NCBI GenBank assembly: GCA_964016885.1
Contig: OZ024745.1
Location: 85,560,001-85,624,000, forward strand
DNA: 64,000 nt
Reading direction: 5' to 3'
Origin: Eledone cirrhosa
Lineage: Eukaryota
Below the pieces are notes generated by a model. That model was not told the origin of the DNA. It was given only the letters and a program-made list of their open reading frames with translations, and did not search any database. Below, piece after piece: positions 41,199 to 56,284 of the stretch. The translations under genes and the position numbers were made by a program. How positions within the stretch are numbered: the stretch's first letter is position 1; every line of letters starts with the position of its first letter.

Positions 41199-41245
41199 TG
41201 CTCCGAAGAATCCAAACCTCGGTTTGGAGGAAACAGCTGTAAGCA
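41199..41245 (+). ncRNA. Minimal hammerhead ribozyme (U4C core), inverted pLTR
   Basis: Same motif as 1943-1989. Confidence 0.75.
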
Positions 41246-41382
41246 CAATAATGTTTTGAACAGTTCTTTGATTCTTATATTTCATATATGTATATATATA
41301 TATATAATATATATATATATTATATATATATATATAATACATATATAAATATAATATATATATATATATAATACATATATAA

Positions 41383-41469
<87 letters not shown>

Positions 41470-41496
41470 TATAATATATATATATATATAATATAT

Positions 41497-42101
41497 AAAT
41501 GGAAAAAATGAGACGAAATTTCATTTCTCAGTCTTAGTACGGCTGTTACTTAAATATAAGTATTATACAGACGTACAGTAGTATGAATATATATATACAT
41601 ACATTCACACATATATATATGTACGTATGGATTCACCGAACATTTATTATAATGCTCGGTGTGTTTGTAAACAAACATCCCGAATTAAGCCGTACAGTGT
41701 CTAACAACCATCGTTGCTCATTTGTTCAACACTGACAAAGGAACGCTGTACTAGTTTCAAGCTTATTAGCTATCGTCATCAACGTATACCTTCCTGCCAG
41801 ATGATTGAACGTATGAAAGTATATACTTTCCTTATGCATATTAACGGCTGAGCAGCCTTATTTGCATATCGAGTGAGTTAATCGGCCGGGCGCACCGAAA
41901 ACGATAAACAGAAAAAATGAAACGAAATTTCATTTCTCACTCTTAGTACTGCTGTTACTTAAATTTAAGTATGTATACGCACATACATATATGTATACAT
42001 ACGTACAGTAGTATGTATACATATACATACAAAGGAACGTTCGTTTGTAAGTGTTGATCAAATGAGCAACGATGGTTGCTAGACACTGTACGGCTTAATT
42101 C
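41497..42101 (-). repeat. Dispersed ~1.2-unit copy of the 428-bp HHR repeat plus a short inverted piece
   Basis: Reverse complement of the 62640-63100 unit. HHR at 41743-41785 with a C3A change. Confidence 0.85.
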
Positions 42102-44336
42102 GTTTGGAAGCCTCGACAATGCAAATGGGTAAATCTCCGGGTAACAAGATCCGGGGTGGAGAGAGAGATGTAAGTGGGTGTACGTTGAGATGCGTGGCGT
42201 GTATAAGGCGTGTAGAGGAATGAAGGAAAGAGTGTAAAGGATAAAATAAAAATAACAACCCGAGAGAGAGTTACCTTGTGAGAGATTTAATTGTCCTTAT
42301 ATATTTCGGATTCACATCCATCAACTGGGGATTTTATCCTGGGTGGGGTAAATATTGTCTGTCGGAAAGGTGCGAAACGTGTCCTCCGCTGTTGGTTGTT
42401 TTGAATATCTGAGGTATTCAGCAGAACGCGCGTGCGCATGAAATGGGGTCGGTCAGGCTGAGGTCAGCGGCCGAAGTAGTTCTTTCAATTGTGGGAGTGG
42501 GGTGTTGCCTTGTTCCTCTGTATCGGCAGTGTAGTATGTTCGTATGATGGAATGCTACTGTGTGTGTGTGTGTGTGCGTGTGTTGCTGCATCGTTTGTTA
42601 ACTTAAACCAACCACCTCATTTCGCTTCTCTCGGATCGGTTGTTTAATTGTGGCCCTAGGCATTTGATCCAAAGTGCTTCCTTGATAAGTAACGTGCCGA
42701 CGTTTCTTTCTGTCGCTAGAATTATAACAATGGGCCTTCCGTCTTTGTTTCCGCATTTGGCTATGTGTTTCCGGAAAGACGAGGCCCAGGTTTTAGTGTG
42801 TTCCTTGATCCGGATGTGCAACGGCCGGATTGTGCTACCTATATAGTATTGGTTGCACTTGTTACATTCTATCTTATACACGACGTATGTGCGTAGGCAA
42901 CAGTTCGCATGGCGCATCGGTCAGCCTCTGAGGGAGCACGCGTCAGTTGATTTTGCGGGTTTCCTGGAGAGGCATCTTCGCAGGGAGGGGCCCGAGTGGG
43001 CCAGGTGGATGTCGAGGCCCTCCCTCCGTATAGCCTTGCGGATAGCGTTGGTGGTATTCTCGCTCAGGTGTGGCATTTTAAGGAAGCACTTGCCTTGTGT
43101 GCCTCTCTGTCTCTTGTGTCTGGTGTCTTCTACTCTCTCTGTGAGCGAGGTAGGGTACCCATTCGTCTCCAGTACCTCGAGGAATCGCTTGCTATCAGTG
43201 ATACCACTTGCGGGATCGCTGCATCAGTTTTTGATTCGCGCGATCTCGTTCATGATGTATTTCTCTTTTGGCACTGTTAGGTAGGGCGGACTTGTAGTGG
43301 GAACAGGTCCCTGCAGGCTGCCTTTCGGTAGAAGTTGCAGTGGATCCCTCCCTGCTCCGTGATGTTGATTCGAAAGTCGAAGAGGGCAAGTGACCCGTCT
43401 TCGTTGGGGTGTTCAACACTGAAGTCAATGTTCTCGTCCGTGTTATTGAACGTCTCATAGATTCTGTTCGCCGTGTCTTGGGAAGATGTGAGGATGAGGA
43501 TATCGTCCACGTACCTTGCGAAAAAGGCGACGGCGTTGGGGTGGCAGGCCTTGAGTGCCTTGCGCTTGAGGTTGTCCATGTAAGAGATCGTTAGCACACC
43601 CGACAGGCTTGATCCCATGGGCAGTCCCGAGGTTTGTTGGTATGTTTGGTCAAGGAATCCGAAGTAGGTGTTGTCGCCGACGATGGATAGGAGTTGATGG
43701 ATGTCAGTGGTGGTGAGCCGGAATCAATGTAGGTCGGTGGATTGGAAGCGTTCCATCAGTATATTGACGGCCGGGAGTGCCGGGACCGAGGTGTAGAGAG
43801 CGACTACATCAAGGCTGAAGGCATATCTGTTATTCTTTCTGGTGTCGGGATTCATTTGATGCAGGCGCTTCAACACCTCAGAGTTGTTAACGTGTCCCGC
43901 AAGGTGTCTAAGTTGGGTTTGAGTATTCTGGCTAGGAGCCATGAAATTTTGTAGAGTGGTCCTTCCAAGCTCGATACAATGGGCCTGATCTTCAGGTGGG
44001 GTACCTGTTGTGCTGAATACCTCAGATATTCAAAACAACCAACAGCGGAGGACACGTTTCGCACCTTTCCGACAAACAACCTTTCCCCCACGCCGCAAAA
44101 AAACCCCTGTTGGTGGATGTGAATCCGAAATATATAGGGACAATTAAATCTCTCCCAAAGCAACTCTTTCTCGTGTTGTTATTTTTATTTTATCCTTTAC
44201 GCTCTTTCCTTCATTCCTCTACAAGTCTTATACACGCCACGCATCTCAACGTACACCCACTTACATCTCTCTCTCCACCACCGGATCTTGTTACCCGGAG
44301 ATTTACCCATTTGCATTGTCGAGGCTTCCAAACGAC
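42099..44336 (-). mobile_element. PLE copy 9, a different lineage (RYVDD RT, Penelope/Poseidon-like), decayed, with ~320-bp inverted pLTRs
   Basis: IRPIVS, SLDVVALYTSVP, MGSSLSG, RYVDD, then VVYKIEC..YIGST..RIKEH. 42099-42423 is the reverse complement of 44009-44336. Degenerate HHRs at 42294-42331 (minus) and 44104-44139 (plus). Confidence 0.88.
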
Positions 44337-44451
44337 GTAAAAATTTACCATATATATATATATAATAAATATATATATATATAATATATATATATATATA
44401 ATATATATAATATATGTATATATATATATATAATATATATAATATATATAT

Positions 44452-44544
<93 letters not shown>

Positions 44545-44546
<2 letters not shown>

Positions 44547-44955
44547 AAAAAGAGATGAAATCGAAAATGCAACTGAAGTCTTATTTTTTTTTAAAATATA
44601 TATATTTATTTGGTTCCTTTACCGGTTTCGCAGTTCTTCTGCTTTTCAAAAGGTGAGTTGAGATGGAGGGTCTGTGGTTTTTCTCACATCTGGTTGGTCT
44701 CTAAATGTTACTTGTTTTATATGGAAAAAGTGGCTCGAAAGCCAGGTTTTTCGAGAAGTAATTTGATTGGTTTGTCAATAATTATAATAAATTTCGCGCC
44801 AGTTCGCGTTACAATAGTTCTTCAAATAAGAGAGGGGGGGTTGTCACAGGTTGTTTTTTCGTATATGAGTGTTTGAATTTCTTTTTACTTGAAAAAATGA
44901 GGCTCACGAAGGCTTTTTTTTGGTTGGTTATAAATGAAATTTGGCTGTCACGTAA
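44545..44955 (-). repeat. Isolated island in (TA)n with a degenerate HHR-like motif (44616-44653)
   Basis: cctt-TTGAAAA-gcag aagaa ctgc-GAAA-ccgg-TA-aagg. Similar motif at 36082-36119 (plus). Confidence 0.4.
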
Positions 44956-45149
44956 TATATATATATATATATAATATATATATATTATATATATATATAT
45001 ATTATATATATTATATATATACATATATTATATATATTATATATATATATATTACATATATATATTATATATATATATATTTCGTTTCTGAATTTGTTTA
45101 GCAAGATTCTTTATCTGAAATCGTCTGTTGAAACCGATATTGTTATACT

Positions 45150-45785
45150 TTGGGAGGGTCATGTTGCCAATAAGAAACACACGCACCAGTTGCTTTCACT
45201 TCAATTTATTATAATAAATGTATAATAAATTTATAAATTTATAAATTTCTGGTTGGTTGGTTGGTTCCACAACCAGATAGTTGTTTATATATTGTCATAG
45301 TTCTTTCGTCACACACTATGTGACCTCTTCAGTGACTGGGGATTCCTTTCTTTGTTTTTGTGCCTCTCCTTTTGGTCTGTCCTACGCCATCTTGTTTCTG
45401 TGTGTGTGTTGTGTGCCCAGTCTGCGCATGCGCCACATCCGAGAGTCTGTGTGTGTTTATGTTCATTTATTTATTTGTTTATTTACATGTTACTGGTTGG
45501 TTGTTTGTACTATGTGTGTGTGTGTTTTCATTTTGTCCTTAATTGTAAATTGTGATGTTGCTGTTCCACTCATATTATCTATTTAATTTTGGTTGTAATT
45601 CTTTTATGTTTATTGCCTCTGTGATTTGTCTAAACATTGCATCTTTTCTGTGTGTAGATTCTATAACCAACCAACCAGAAATTTATAAATTTATAAATTT
45701 ATTATAAAATTATTATAATAAATTGAAGTGAAAGCAACTGGTGCGTGTGTTTCTTATTGGCAACATGACCCTCCCAAAGTATAAC
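45150..45785 (-). mobile_element. Non-coding fold-back pLTR-like element with HHR at 45294-45336
   Basis: ~115-bp inverted ends. gtca-CTGAAGA-ggtcacatagtgtgtgac-GAAA-gaac-TA-tgac on the minus strand. Confidence 0.7.
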
Positions 45786-45821
45786 AATATATATATATAT
45801 ATTATATATATATATATATAT

Positions 45822-45857
<36 letters not shown>

Positions 45858-46104
45858 ATATATATATTATATATATACATATATTATATTTATATATGTA
45901 TTATATATATATATATATATATTATATTTATATATGTATTATATATATATATTATATATATATATATTATATATATATATATATTATATATATATATATA
46001 TTATATATATATATATTATATATATATAATATATATATATATAGGTTATATATATATATATTATATATATATTATATATATATGTTATATATATATATAT
46101 ATAT

Positions 46105-46220
<116 letters not shown>

Positions 46221-47131
46221 ATATGTGAAGTAATTCCGTCGGAAAAGTCCAGGAAAAAAGAGCGCTCTATGTAGGCAACAGAGCTTAATAGTTATGTAAT
46301 AAACAACATAAGGCAATTATGTCATTTACCAGTGGTTTCTTAAAAGCAAAAAATTTTGCTTCCAATCATCAGAATGAAAATATCCTGGTGTATTTATTGG
46401 CGTTGGAATTTAAAAACAAATGAAAGGAAAAATAAAAACACAAAAGCAAACACACGAACACACATAATTATATACATACACATATATATATACATACACA
46501 CATACATACACACACATATATACACACACACACATATATATGTGTATATATATACATACAAATACATATACACATACATACATACACACATACACATACA
46601 TACAAATACACAAACGTGCATACACACACACATATACATGCATATATATATATATATTATACATAAACATATATATACATACATACACACACATACATAT
46701 ATATAAACACATACATATATATATATATATATACACATACATATACATCTATATATACATACACATACATACATACACACAATCATACGTATATACACCC
46801 ATACATACATACACATACATACACACATATATATACACGCATACATACGCATGCACAAATATAGAAATATATACACACACCTACATACTCACACACACAA
46901 ATAAATATAAGAAAAAATATATAATAGTAAAAAAATAAAAATGAATATAAAGATTATTATAGTGTTGACACCGATACAGGTAACAAATAAATGAACAAAC
47001 ACACGTGGTAAGCAATACACACAATTGTACGTACACATACATACGTAAAAATAAATACATACACACACTCTCACACAAACACATACATATACAAATACAT
47101 AAACACATACATACACATACGCATACACACA

Positions 47132-47201
<70 letters not shown>

Positions 47202-47214
47202 TATATACACACAC

Positions 47215-47264
<50 letters not shown>

Positions 47265-47407
47265 ATACATACATATCCATACATAGATACACATACATAT
47301 ACATTCATATCACAAGGAGTTTCACACACACATATATGTGTGTAAAACTCATTCTTAGATAATTCATATGAACCTTGTTTAACTCTAAAATATATATATA
47401 TATATAT

Positions 47408-47705
47408 GCAAAAGTTCTATTTAAAGTTGTTGGGATACAACAAGTAAATATTTTTATAACTGATATGAAGCACTCGACAAGTTTTTGGAGTAGATTTACG
47501 AGATTAATAAATGGAAACTATATTTATAAAACCATATTTATTTCATTATACATATTTCAGGGATACCATATTAAATTATAAAACTGTTATATATTGTATT
47601 TTGTCTGATGAAGGCATACCATAATTTAATATGGTATACCTGAAATATGTATAATGAAATAAATATGGTTTTATAAATATAGTTTCCATTTATTAATATC
47701 GTAAA
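47408..47705. mobile_element. Fold-back solo pLTR (PLE3 family) with HHR at 47599-47659 (plus)
   Basis: ttttgt-CTGATGA-aggcataccata atttaa tatggtatacct-GAAA-tatgta-TA-atgaaa. Arms ~47495-47580 and 47620-47705. Confidence 0.8.
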
Positions 47706-47803
47706 TATATATATATATTTCATTTCTGAATTTGTTTAGCAAGATTCTTTATCTGAAATCGTGTGTATATATATATATATATATATATTCTTTATCTGAT
47801 ATC

Positions 47804-47870
<67 letters not shown>

Positions 47871-48217
47871 TACATATACACATATATATATATATACATA
47901 TATATATACCTATACACACATATACATACATATACGTATGCATACATACATACACACACACAGCATAATTATATATAAGAAAGAACATAAATATTATATA
48001 TATAAAAAAAACCTAAATATTGTATATATAAAAATAAAAATAAAAATGAATTTAAAAAGTTGGGAATACGACAAATAATAAATAAAAAAATATATTTTTA
48101 AAAGGGTATAAATGTTTATAGCAGATTCAGAGCATTCAACAAGTTCCTGGAGCAAAAGATCAGTGAAAATAAGCATTAAATCACTGTATGTAATTATGCA
48201 TATACATACACACATAC

Positions 48218-48310
<93 letters not shown>

Positions 48311-48542
48311 CACACACACACACAAGCACAACCACAGAAATACACACACACATACATATACGTATATATATATATACACACACATAGGAAAAAGTATGAT
48401 CCCACGGCAGAGCTCAAGCCGTTTCTGAGGCTATTATATATATACACACAAAACCATTATATAGAAAATACATATACACGCACAAATATACACACGCCCA
48501 TACACACATTAAATCTATATATACACACATACATACACACAC

Positions 48543-48605
<63 letters not shown>

Positions 48606-48761
48606 TACATATATACATATATATATATATACACACACGCACAAATACAACAGAAGTATATAATATACAATTATATATACATATACATATACATAAGACA
48701 GATATAAACATACATACACACACATATACATACACATATACATATACACACACATATACAT

Positions 48762-48819
<58 letters not shown>

Positions 48820-49040
48820 ATACATACACGCAACACACAAAAAAATAAATATCTAAAAATAAAAAAAAGTTGGTATGTGAAGGGTAAGGTAGAAATTAAG
48901 GGGGAAAAAGGGGAAAATAAATGACATAGGAAAAGGTTTAAATATAAGGGGAGATAAGGGAGAAAGAGAATACGAGAGTACAGAACGTGGATTCAGCAGG
49001 TAAAAAAAACCGTAGTGGAAGTAAAGAGCAGGAAAGGAGT

Positions 49041-51129
49041 TCAAGGTGGTTGAGTTATCGTAGGAATGTCAATCCAGTTACAGATCAGATGTGATTTCAG
49101 ATGAGGACAACATCTGAAGATCTCGGTCTTGGCTTTCAAGTTTAGCAAAATCCTATATTTTTCCGTGGTACACAAAAAACAATTCTTTGTGCCCCTTTGG
49201 TACTCCCTCGAATGGTCTAAAATAGACCAATCGATAGAGTACGGGATGTTTTTATCCTTGAATTCCCACACCTTATTTGCGAGGGCCGTTGCTGTTCGTT
49301 TATCGGAGTGCTTAAAAGAAGCGACATGAGCATAAAACCTGGTTTTAAACCTGTTTTGGGTCATGCCAACATATCGCTCACTTCTGGCTGGCTGGTTGTT
49401 AATTAAAGGTGTCACTTTGGCCTCATAAACAACGGATTTGGTGTTACATTTGCCCTGTAATGGGCATTCATCCGGCTTCTGCAACTGTATCCTAGATTTG
49501 TTCTCGTACGATTTGAATTAGTGATCTTAGACTTCATTGATGGGCAACAAGATTAACTGATCTTAACTACATTCCTATTAAATATCTTATATTTATGATT
49601 AGGAGGAAAATGTTTATCTAAGAGGTCAAGGAATTTCCTTCCTACATTAGTTTTGACAGTTAGAGAGAAGGGGGGTGTAAACCAAATAATTTTCCTTTTC
49701 CTATTATTGTGGTTAGTTTTAGGGGGGGGGGGGGAGTAGGTAAATAATTAATTTGTTCTGTAAAACCGCTGTTATTAAGGGATATATTATAATAAGGGGC
49801 GGCTCTATTAAAAATGTCTAGAGACGAAAATAAGGTAGAAATCCTACGGTTGGGAATAAGATTTTTTAAAACTATAGGGGGATGTTACTACTTTTTGTGT
49901 ATATATCTAAGATTTTCATTAGGTTTATGATAAGTTTTAAAAGAGGCGGTAAGTAGATCAAGATTAATGTCAAGAAAGTTAACATTGGTAAGGTTCGTAT
50001 CTATAGTAATTTTAAGGTTAAGATTAGCAAAAGTATTGATTAAATCTTTACGGAATTTATCAAGGTTATGGCCGTTGGTGGTATGAGAAACTGCCAATCC
50101 GTCATCACGGTATAAACCGATATTATGGGAAGGAAATTTCTCTTTGAGGGTGTGGAGAAGGAATAATCCTCCTAAGTCACACACATCCGCACTGTCATAT
50201 GAACCCATTGCAACATCAAACGAGTTTTCAGGGTTTGACTTTTTAACCCAAATACTTTCATTAGTAAAGAGTAAAGTTTTTCTAGCATGAAAAATAATGT
50301 CTTCTTCTAATTTAGAAATATTAATGAAGGTTCTTGCAAACTCTAAGTTAATAAGGAAACAGTAATAGAGGGGTAAAAATCAACAATATCAAATTGGGTA
50401 AATCTACACTTATTTTTACCTTGTATATTATTAAACCAAGAAATAACAGAGGAAGTATTTAACCATTGTGATAGGTCAGTCTTAGTTCTAATTTGGAGAA
50501 TTAATTTTCTTAATTTTTTTACTTGCAAGGCCAACTTCGGATTTAGCCGAGTTAATCAGTCTACAACTAGGTCGATTAGTAAAGTCTAATTTATGGTCTT
50601 TAAGGGTAATATCTTCTTTACGCTGAGCTAGGCTTTCAATCCGGTTGTCTATTTTTAAAGAACTAGCTAGTTCTTTAGCTTCTTTATTAATAGTATTGTA
50701 GGTATTATTATTAGTTAATTGATATTTGTTGGTGAGACTATTGGTTAAAAGTTGGTTATACAAAATACTATTAACTTCAAAGGGATTTTTAGTTCTATCG
50801 GAAAGAACAAAGGTATTTGTAGAATTTTTAAAATTAGAAATATCGTTAGACAGTTTAGTTTGAAAATTATTATTGTACTTACGAAATTTGATATCACTAA
50901 TTAAATTAACAAGGTCTAATTCGAAGTTGGCCATGTCTTTAATTCTAGGTGGATATTTACGGGATTTTATGTCAAAACAATCATTAGTATCAGCACTGAA
51001 TAGTCCATCGTAAACCATTGCCTTCCATCTCATTCTTTTAACGACTTGTTCGATCTTATCTATAAGCATGTTGTTATAAGTTGTGTTGGAAGGAGTAGGT
51101 ATATTTTTTGATTGAATAATCCAATTCAT
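49041..51129 (-). pseudogene. PLE RT-EN ORF, full length but disrupted
   Basis: SKNIPTP, RMRWKA, LKDHK, QFDIVDFYPSI, MGSYDSADVCDL, LYRDDGL, CPLQGKC..VVYEA..YVGMT. Confidence 0.9.
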
Positions 51130-51897
51130 AAATGACCATGGTGTATGTTGGTTAAATTCCTGAAAACTGTAGAGTGCTCAACTAATCGGGCTGGAAAGTG
51201 CCAATCGTATATGTAATATAGAATATGCTTCAATCAATCCCGGTTTGAGCTGTATAAATGAAGTAATCCGTCGGAAAAGTCCAGGAAAAAAGAGTGCTCT
51301 ATGTAGGTAACAGAGCTTAATAGTCATGTAATGAACAACATAAGGCAATTATTTCATTTACCAGTGCTTTCTTAAAAGCAAAAAAATGTTGCTTTCAATA
51401 ATATAATCACCAACACACACAAACACACACACAATTATATACATACACATATATATAAACATACACACATACATACACACACACATATACACACACACAC
51501 ACATATATATATGTGTATATATATATACATACACATACATATACACATACATACTATATATATATTATATATATATACATACATACACACACACATATAT
51601 ATGTGTATATATATACATACACATACATATACACATACATATATTTTTCTTATATTTATTTGTGTGTGTTAGTATGTAGGCGTGTGTATATATTTCTATA
51701 TTTGTGCATGCGTATGTATGCGTGTATATATATGTGTGTATGTATGTGTATGTATGTACGTGTGTATATACGTATGATTGTGTGTATGTATGTATGTTTA
51801 TGTATATATGTATGTATATGTATGTGTATATATATATATATATATGTATGTGTGTATATATATGTATGTGTGTATGTATGTATATATATGTTTATGT

Positions 51898-52502
51898 CAG
51901 GTCACCAGCTGGTGGTACTGGTAACATGTATCCCAGTACAACCTGTCTCATGGTCGGGTCGTTGGCGACTAAACTGGCAACCCCACCAAGGTTTCTTGGT
52001 GAGGAGGGTGACTTTGGACATCCTGCGGGACTAAAAACAAAACCTGTCAAAGGGCAAAGTAGCTCTTAAGAGTCAATGGCCATCCAAAATCACCGGGAGA
52101 GATGACCCCTTAGCCTTTGTCAAGGCAGAATTCTAGGAGAAGGAAAACTCTGATATAACACCTGCAACCCTGATGGTATCCAATGATGTTGACTTGTTCT
52201 TCTTTTTGGTAAATATCATATTGGTTAAGAGAGTGGCACTGGCTTTGTGCAGTGCCTTTGCTCACTATAAAAGCTTCACGGCGCAGGCATTGCTTTATAT
52301 CTGGAGATCTCTCTGCACTTGTCATCACATGGTACCATGGGCCCAGCACCATGTGTCAATAATTGTGACAAGTGTAGCGTTTGTACCAGAGTTTTCAAGT
52401 CGCTGGCTGGACTAAAAAGTCACACTCCTTCAGCGCATCGGTAGCGTTCTCCTACATGGATATAAAGTAGTGGCCGTACTCGAAATCGAGTTGGCAGCCA
52501 CC
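51898..52502 (+). mobile_element. 605-bp non-coding retro-insertion with 12-bp TSD (RTE-leader-like, tentative)
   Basis: atatgtttatgt is duplicated at 51886-51897 and 52503-52514 and is single in the opposite arm (~46660-46671). Contains ctaggagaaggaaaactctgat. Confidence 0.6.
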
Positions 52503-52968
52503 ATATGTTTATGTATATATATATATATATGCAAGTATATATGTGAGTGTGTGTGTGTATGCACGTTTATGTATTTGTATGTATGTGTATGTATGGATAT
52601 GTTGATATTTATGTGTGTATGTATGTATGTGTATACGTATGTGTATGTATATATATACACATATATATGTGTGTGTGTGTATATGTGTGTGTGTATGTAT
52701 GTGTGTATGTATATATATATGTGTATGTATATAATAGTGTGTGTGTTTCTGTGTTTGCTTGTGTGTTTTTATTTTTCCTTTTTTTCTTCCTTTTCCAGCC
52801 TCACTTTCATATAGATTATATTTTTGTTTTTAAAATCCAACGCCAATAAATACACCAGGATTTTTTCATACTGATGATTGAAAGCAAAATTTTTTTGCTT
52901 TTAAGAAACCAGTGGTAAATGAAATAATTGCCTTATGTTGTTTATTACATAACTATTATATATATATA

Positions 52969-53043
<75 letters not shown>

Positions 53044-53084
53044 ATATTATATATATATATATTATATATATTATATATATATAT

Positions 53085-53290
53085 TAAAATAACAGATTAA
53101 AGTTTAAGCAAAGAATCGCTGCTTAACGGGATCTTCTGAGTTTCAGAAGATCCCGTTAAGCAGCGATTCTATGCTTAAACTTTATCTGTTATTTTAATAA
53201 ATTTGTGCTCGGCGGTTCTTATATATTTGATATATATTTAGCCCTCTTTGGATTTTATTCTTCAAATTTATTATTATTACTATTATATAT
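53085..53290. repeat. Short palindromic pLTR remnant (family of 29150-29330)
   Basis: Arms ~53085-53138 and 53144-53197. Confidence 0.7.
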
Positions 53291-53333
53291 ATATATTACT
53301 ATTATATATTATATATAATATATATATATATAT

Positions 53334-53365
<32 letters not shown>

Positions 53366-53395
53366 ATATTATATATATATATTATATATATATAT

Positions 53396-53428
<33 letters not shown>

Positions 53429-53439
53429 GAGAGAGATAT

Positions 53440-53476
<37 letters not shown>

Positions 53477-53504
53477 ATAGATATTATATATATATTATAT
53501 AAAG

Positions 53505-53721
53505 GAACGATCGACTTTCGTCAAATCGGACCGAGGGAACAATGTTTCCGTTGGTCTTTCCAATTGCTAATACTAGCTATCGGTCGCAGCTCCAGGTAGA
53601 AGGAGCAACGTGAAATAAAGTGTCTTGCTCAAGGACATAACGCATCGCCTGGTCCAGGATTCGAACTCACAACCTTACGATTGCGAATCCAATTCACTAA
53701 CCACTCAGCCACACGCCTTCA

Positions 53722-53722
<1 letters not shown>
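53505..53722 (-). mobile_element. tRNA-derived SINE
   Basis: Reverse-complement homolog of 2117-2330. Confidence 0.78.
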
Positions 53723-53764
<42 letters not shown>

Positions 53765-53797
53765 AATACATATATATATTATATATATATATTATAT

Positions 53798-54588
53798 TTA
53801 CCAGAGGTTTCCCGAATAAGACGAATACGAAAAAAACGTCCTCATTCGTTCGTCGAACAAGGTAATATAAAACATAGTGAAATATTTGGAAAGTCTCTTC
53901 AAGAAATGCAAAAAAATATATAAATATAAGCAATGCAAGAGATATTTAAAATATATAAAAAATATAAGGAAATATAGTTAGGTGTGTGTATATGTATGTA
54001 TATACACTCACAAATGTACATATGTATGTATGTACAATTGCATGTGTATGGTGAAAACGTGTGCGTAAGTTTTTATATGAGGGCAAGTATATTTGTGTTT
54101 ATGTGACCACAAATACGGATATAATATGAGTTGAAAAAGAAAATGATAATATAGTTGACACGCATCCAGATACAGGTATTATAGAAATTCAAAAAAATAT
54201 ATAAATAAAAGTAATGCAAGAGATATATAAAATATATAAAGAATATAAGGAAATATAGTTAGGTGTGTGTATATACATACATATACACACACCTAACTAT
54301 ATTTCCTTATATTTTTTATATATTTTATATATCTCTTGCATTACTTTTATTTATTTATTTTTTTTGTATTTCTTGAGGAGACTTTCCAAATATTTCACTA
54401 TGATTTATATTACTTTGTCCGACGAACGAATGAGGACGTTGTTTTCGTATTCGTGTGATTCGGGAAACCTCTGGTAATGAGGTAATTATATTGTATTGTT
54501 TATTATACATTAAATTTTGCTCTGGTACTTACATAGAGCACTCTTCACTCCTATGACTTTTTCAATTTTCAACGGAAACTTCATTACT

Positions 54589-54590
<2 letters not shown>
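53798..54590. mobile_element. Fold-back solo pLTR (family of 25325-25847) with HHR at 54408-54486 (CCGACGA core)
   Basis: Arms ~53800-54000 and 54280-54476. tattactttgt-CCGACGA..GAAA-cctctgg-TA-atgaggtaat. Confidence 0.75.
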
Positions 54591-54673
<83 letters not shown>

Positions 54674-54685
54674 ATATTATATATA

Positions 54686-54727
<42 letters not shown>

Positions 54728-54742
54728 TATATATATATATAT

Positions 54743-54774
<32 letters not shown>

Positions 54775-55026
54775 ATTATATATATATTATATTATATATA
54801 TATATGTATTATATATATATTATATTATATAGATAAATCTACCAAAAGTTTGCGGTAGTGTCCAATCCGTATGAAGAACTCAATGTAATCCGGATATCAT
54901 GGAAAGAAGAGATGCATTCAAAAATCACTTTCGGTGAAAGATAAACGGAATACAGAGTCAAGATAAAATATAAAAAAAAATAATGAATAAAACAAAGAAA
55001 CAGTTCCTTATATTAAACAAAAAAAG

Positions 55027-55169
55027 TTCATTATTTTACGATCGTTTCTAGGACATATATGTGTTAGAATTGGCATGCATATCCAAAAGATCTATGTACA
55101 AAATTATACAAACTATCAAGGAAAATATACATACCATCACATATATATGCTGTCTTCAGAAATAATGAA
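55027..55169 (-). ncRNA. Hammerhead ribozyme with extended stem II (left arm)
   Basis: Reverse complement of 61595-61737. Confidence 0.75.
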
Positions 55170-55520
55170 GTATATTTATTGATAATAACAACAATTCAAA
55201 ATTACAGGTCTGTTTGGGAACAGATTTTAAATAGACCAATGAAATACATAAAAATTCATCAAGAAAATACAGTTAGGTGTGTGTATATATGTAAGTAACT
55301 TCGTTCACAGATATGCATAAAATTGTACGTTCATATGCATACGCATTTTGAAAAAGTGTATGTAAATATAAAAATTTAGGGCTAATGTATCAGTATGTCT
55401 ATAATCTACAGACAAAATATACATACATATACATATATATATACATACATATATACACACATATACATACATGCATACACACACACGCATATATACATAA
55501 ACACACACATACACATACGA

Positions 55521-55551
<31 letters not shown>

Positions 55552-56024
55552 TACGTATATATTATTATTATAACTATATGGATATTGAGGCGCTCACATA
55601 AACACGCCCAACACACTTACATTTAGATGCAGAATTAAAGGGGGTAAGGGAGTAAGTAATTAAAGGAGAGTGTCAAACTCGGCATATTTATAACAATGTA
55701 TCTATAAAGGTAGAAATAAAAAAAATTTATTTATAGAAGGAAAAAACTTAAAAACGGGGGAACAAAAAATAAGGGGGGGGGGGGGTTGTACGTACATACA
55801 CAGACGCGAATGTCTCACAAAAGAAATATAAAAAACATAAAAAACATAAAAGAGAGACATAAAATATACATGCTTATATACATACGCACATTTACACATC
55901 CATACGTTCGATACATACATACGTACATACACACACATACACATACTTAACCTCACGCATATTAACCTGTTTGTATGCATATACATAAAAACAAGTAAAA
56001 CATATACCCATACATATAAATACA

Positions 56025-56099
<75 letters not shown>

Positions 56100-56284
56100 G
56101 TATATATATATATATATATACATATACATACACACAACACACATATATACATATATGTACATACACATACATATATACATATACATACATACATATATAT
56201 ATATATATACACACATACATATACACACACATACATATATATATACATATATATACATACACACACACATACCCATGTATATAT

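Larger units (their letters stand above)
36510..41285 (-). mobile_element. PLE copy 8 (same family as copy 1), 5'-truncated, with ~330-bp inverted pLTRs and a nested Helitron
   Basis: 36510-36840 is the reverse complement of 40950-41283. Confidence 0.92.
46225..52957 (-). mobile_element. PLE copy 10 composite: ORF, 3' pLTR (46225-46430), direct upstream pLTR piece (51256-51400) and inverted pLTR/UTR copy (~51640-52957)
   Basis: Shared pLTR sequence gaagtaatt..ggaaaagtccagg..ttaccagtggtttc. HHRs at 46322-46377 (minus) and 52864-52924 (plus). Confidence 0.7.

Noticed and set aside
41798-41832. Second HHR-like pattern CAGATGA..GAAAgtatatacTT on the opposite strand of the 428-bp unit
   Set aside because: Core mismatch, no stem I pairing, and GAAA is not conserved between units
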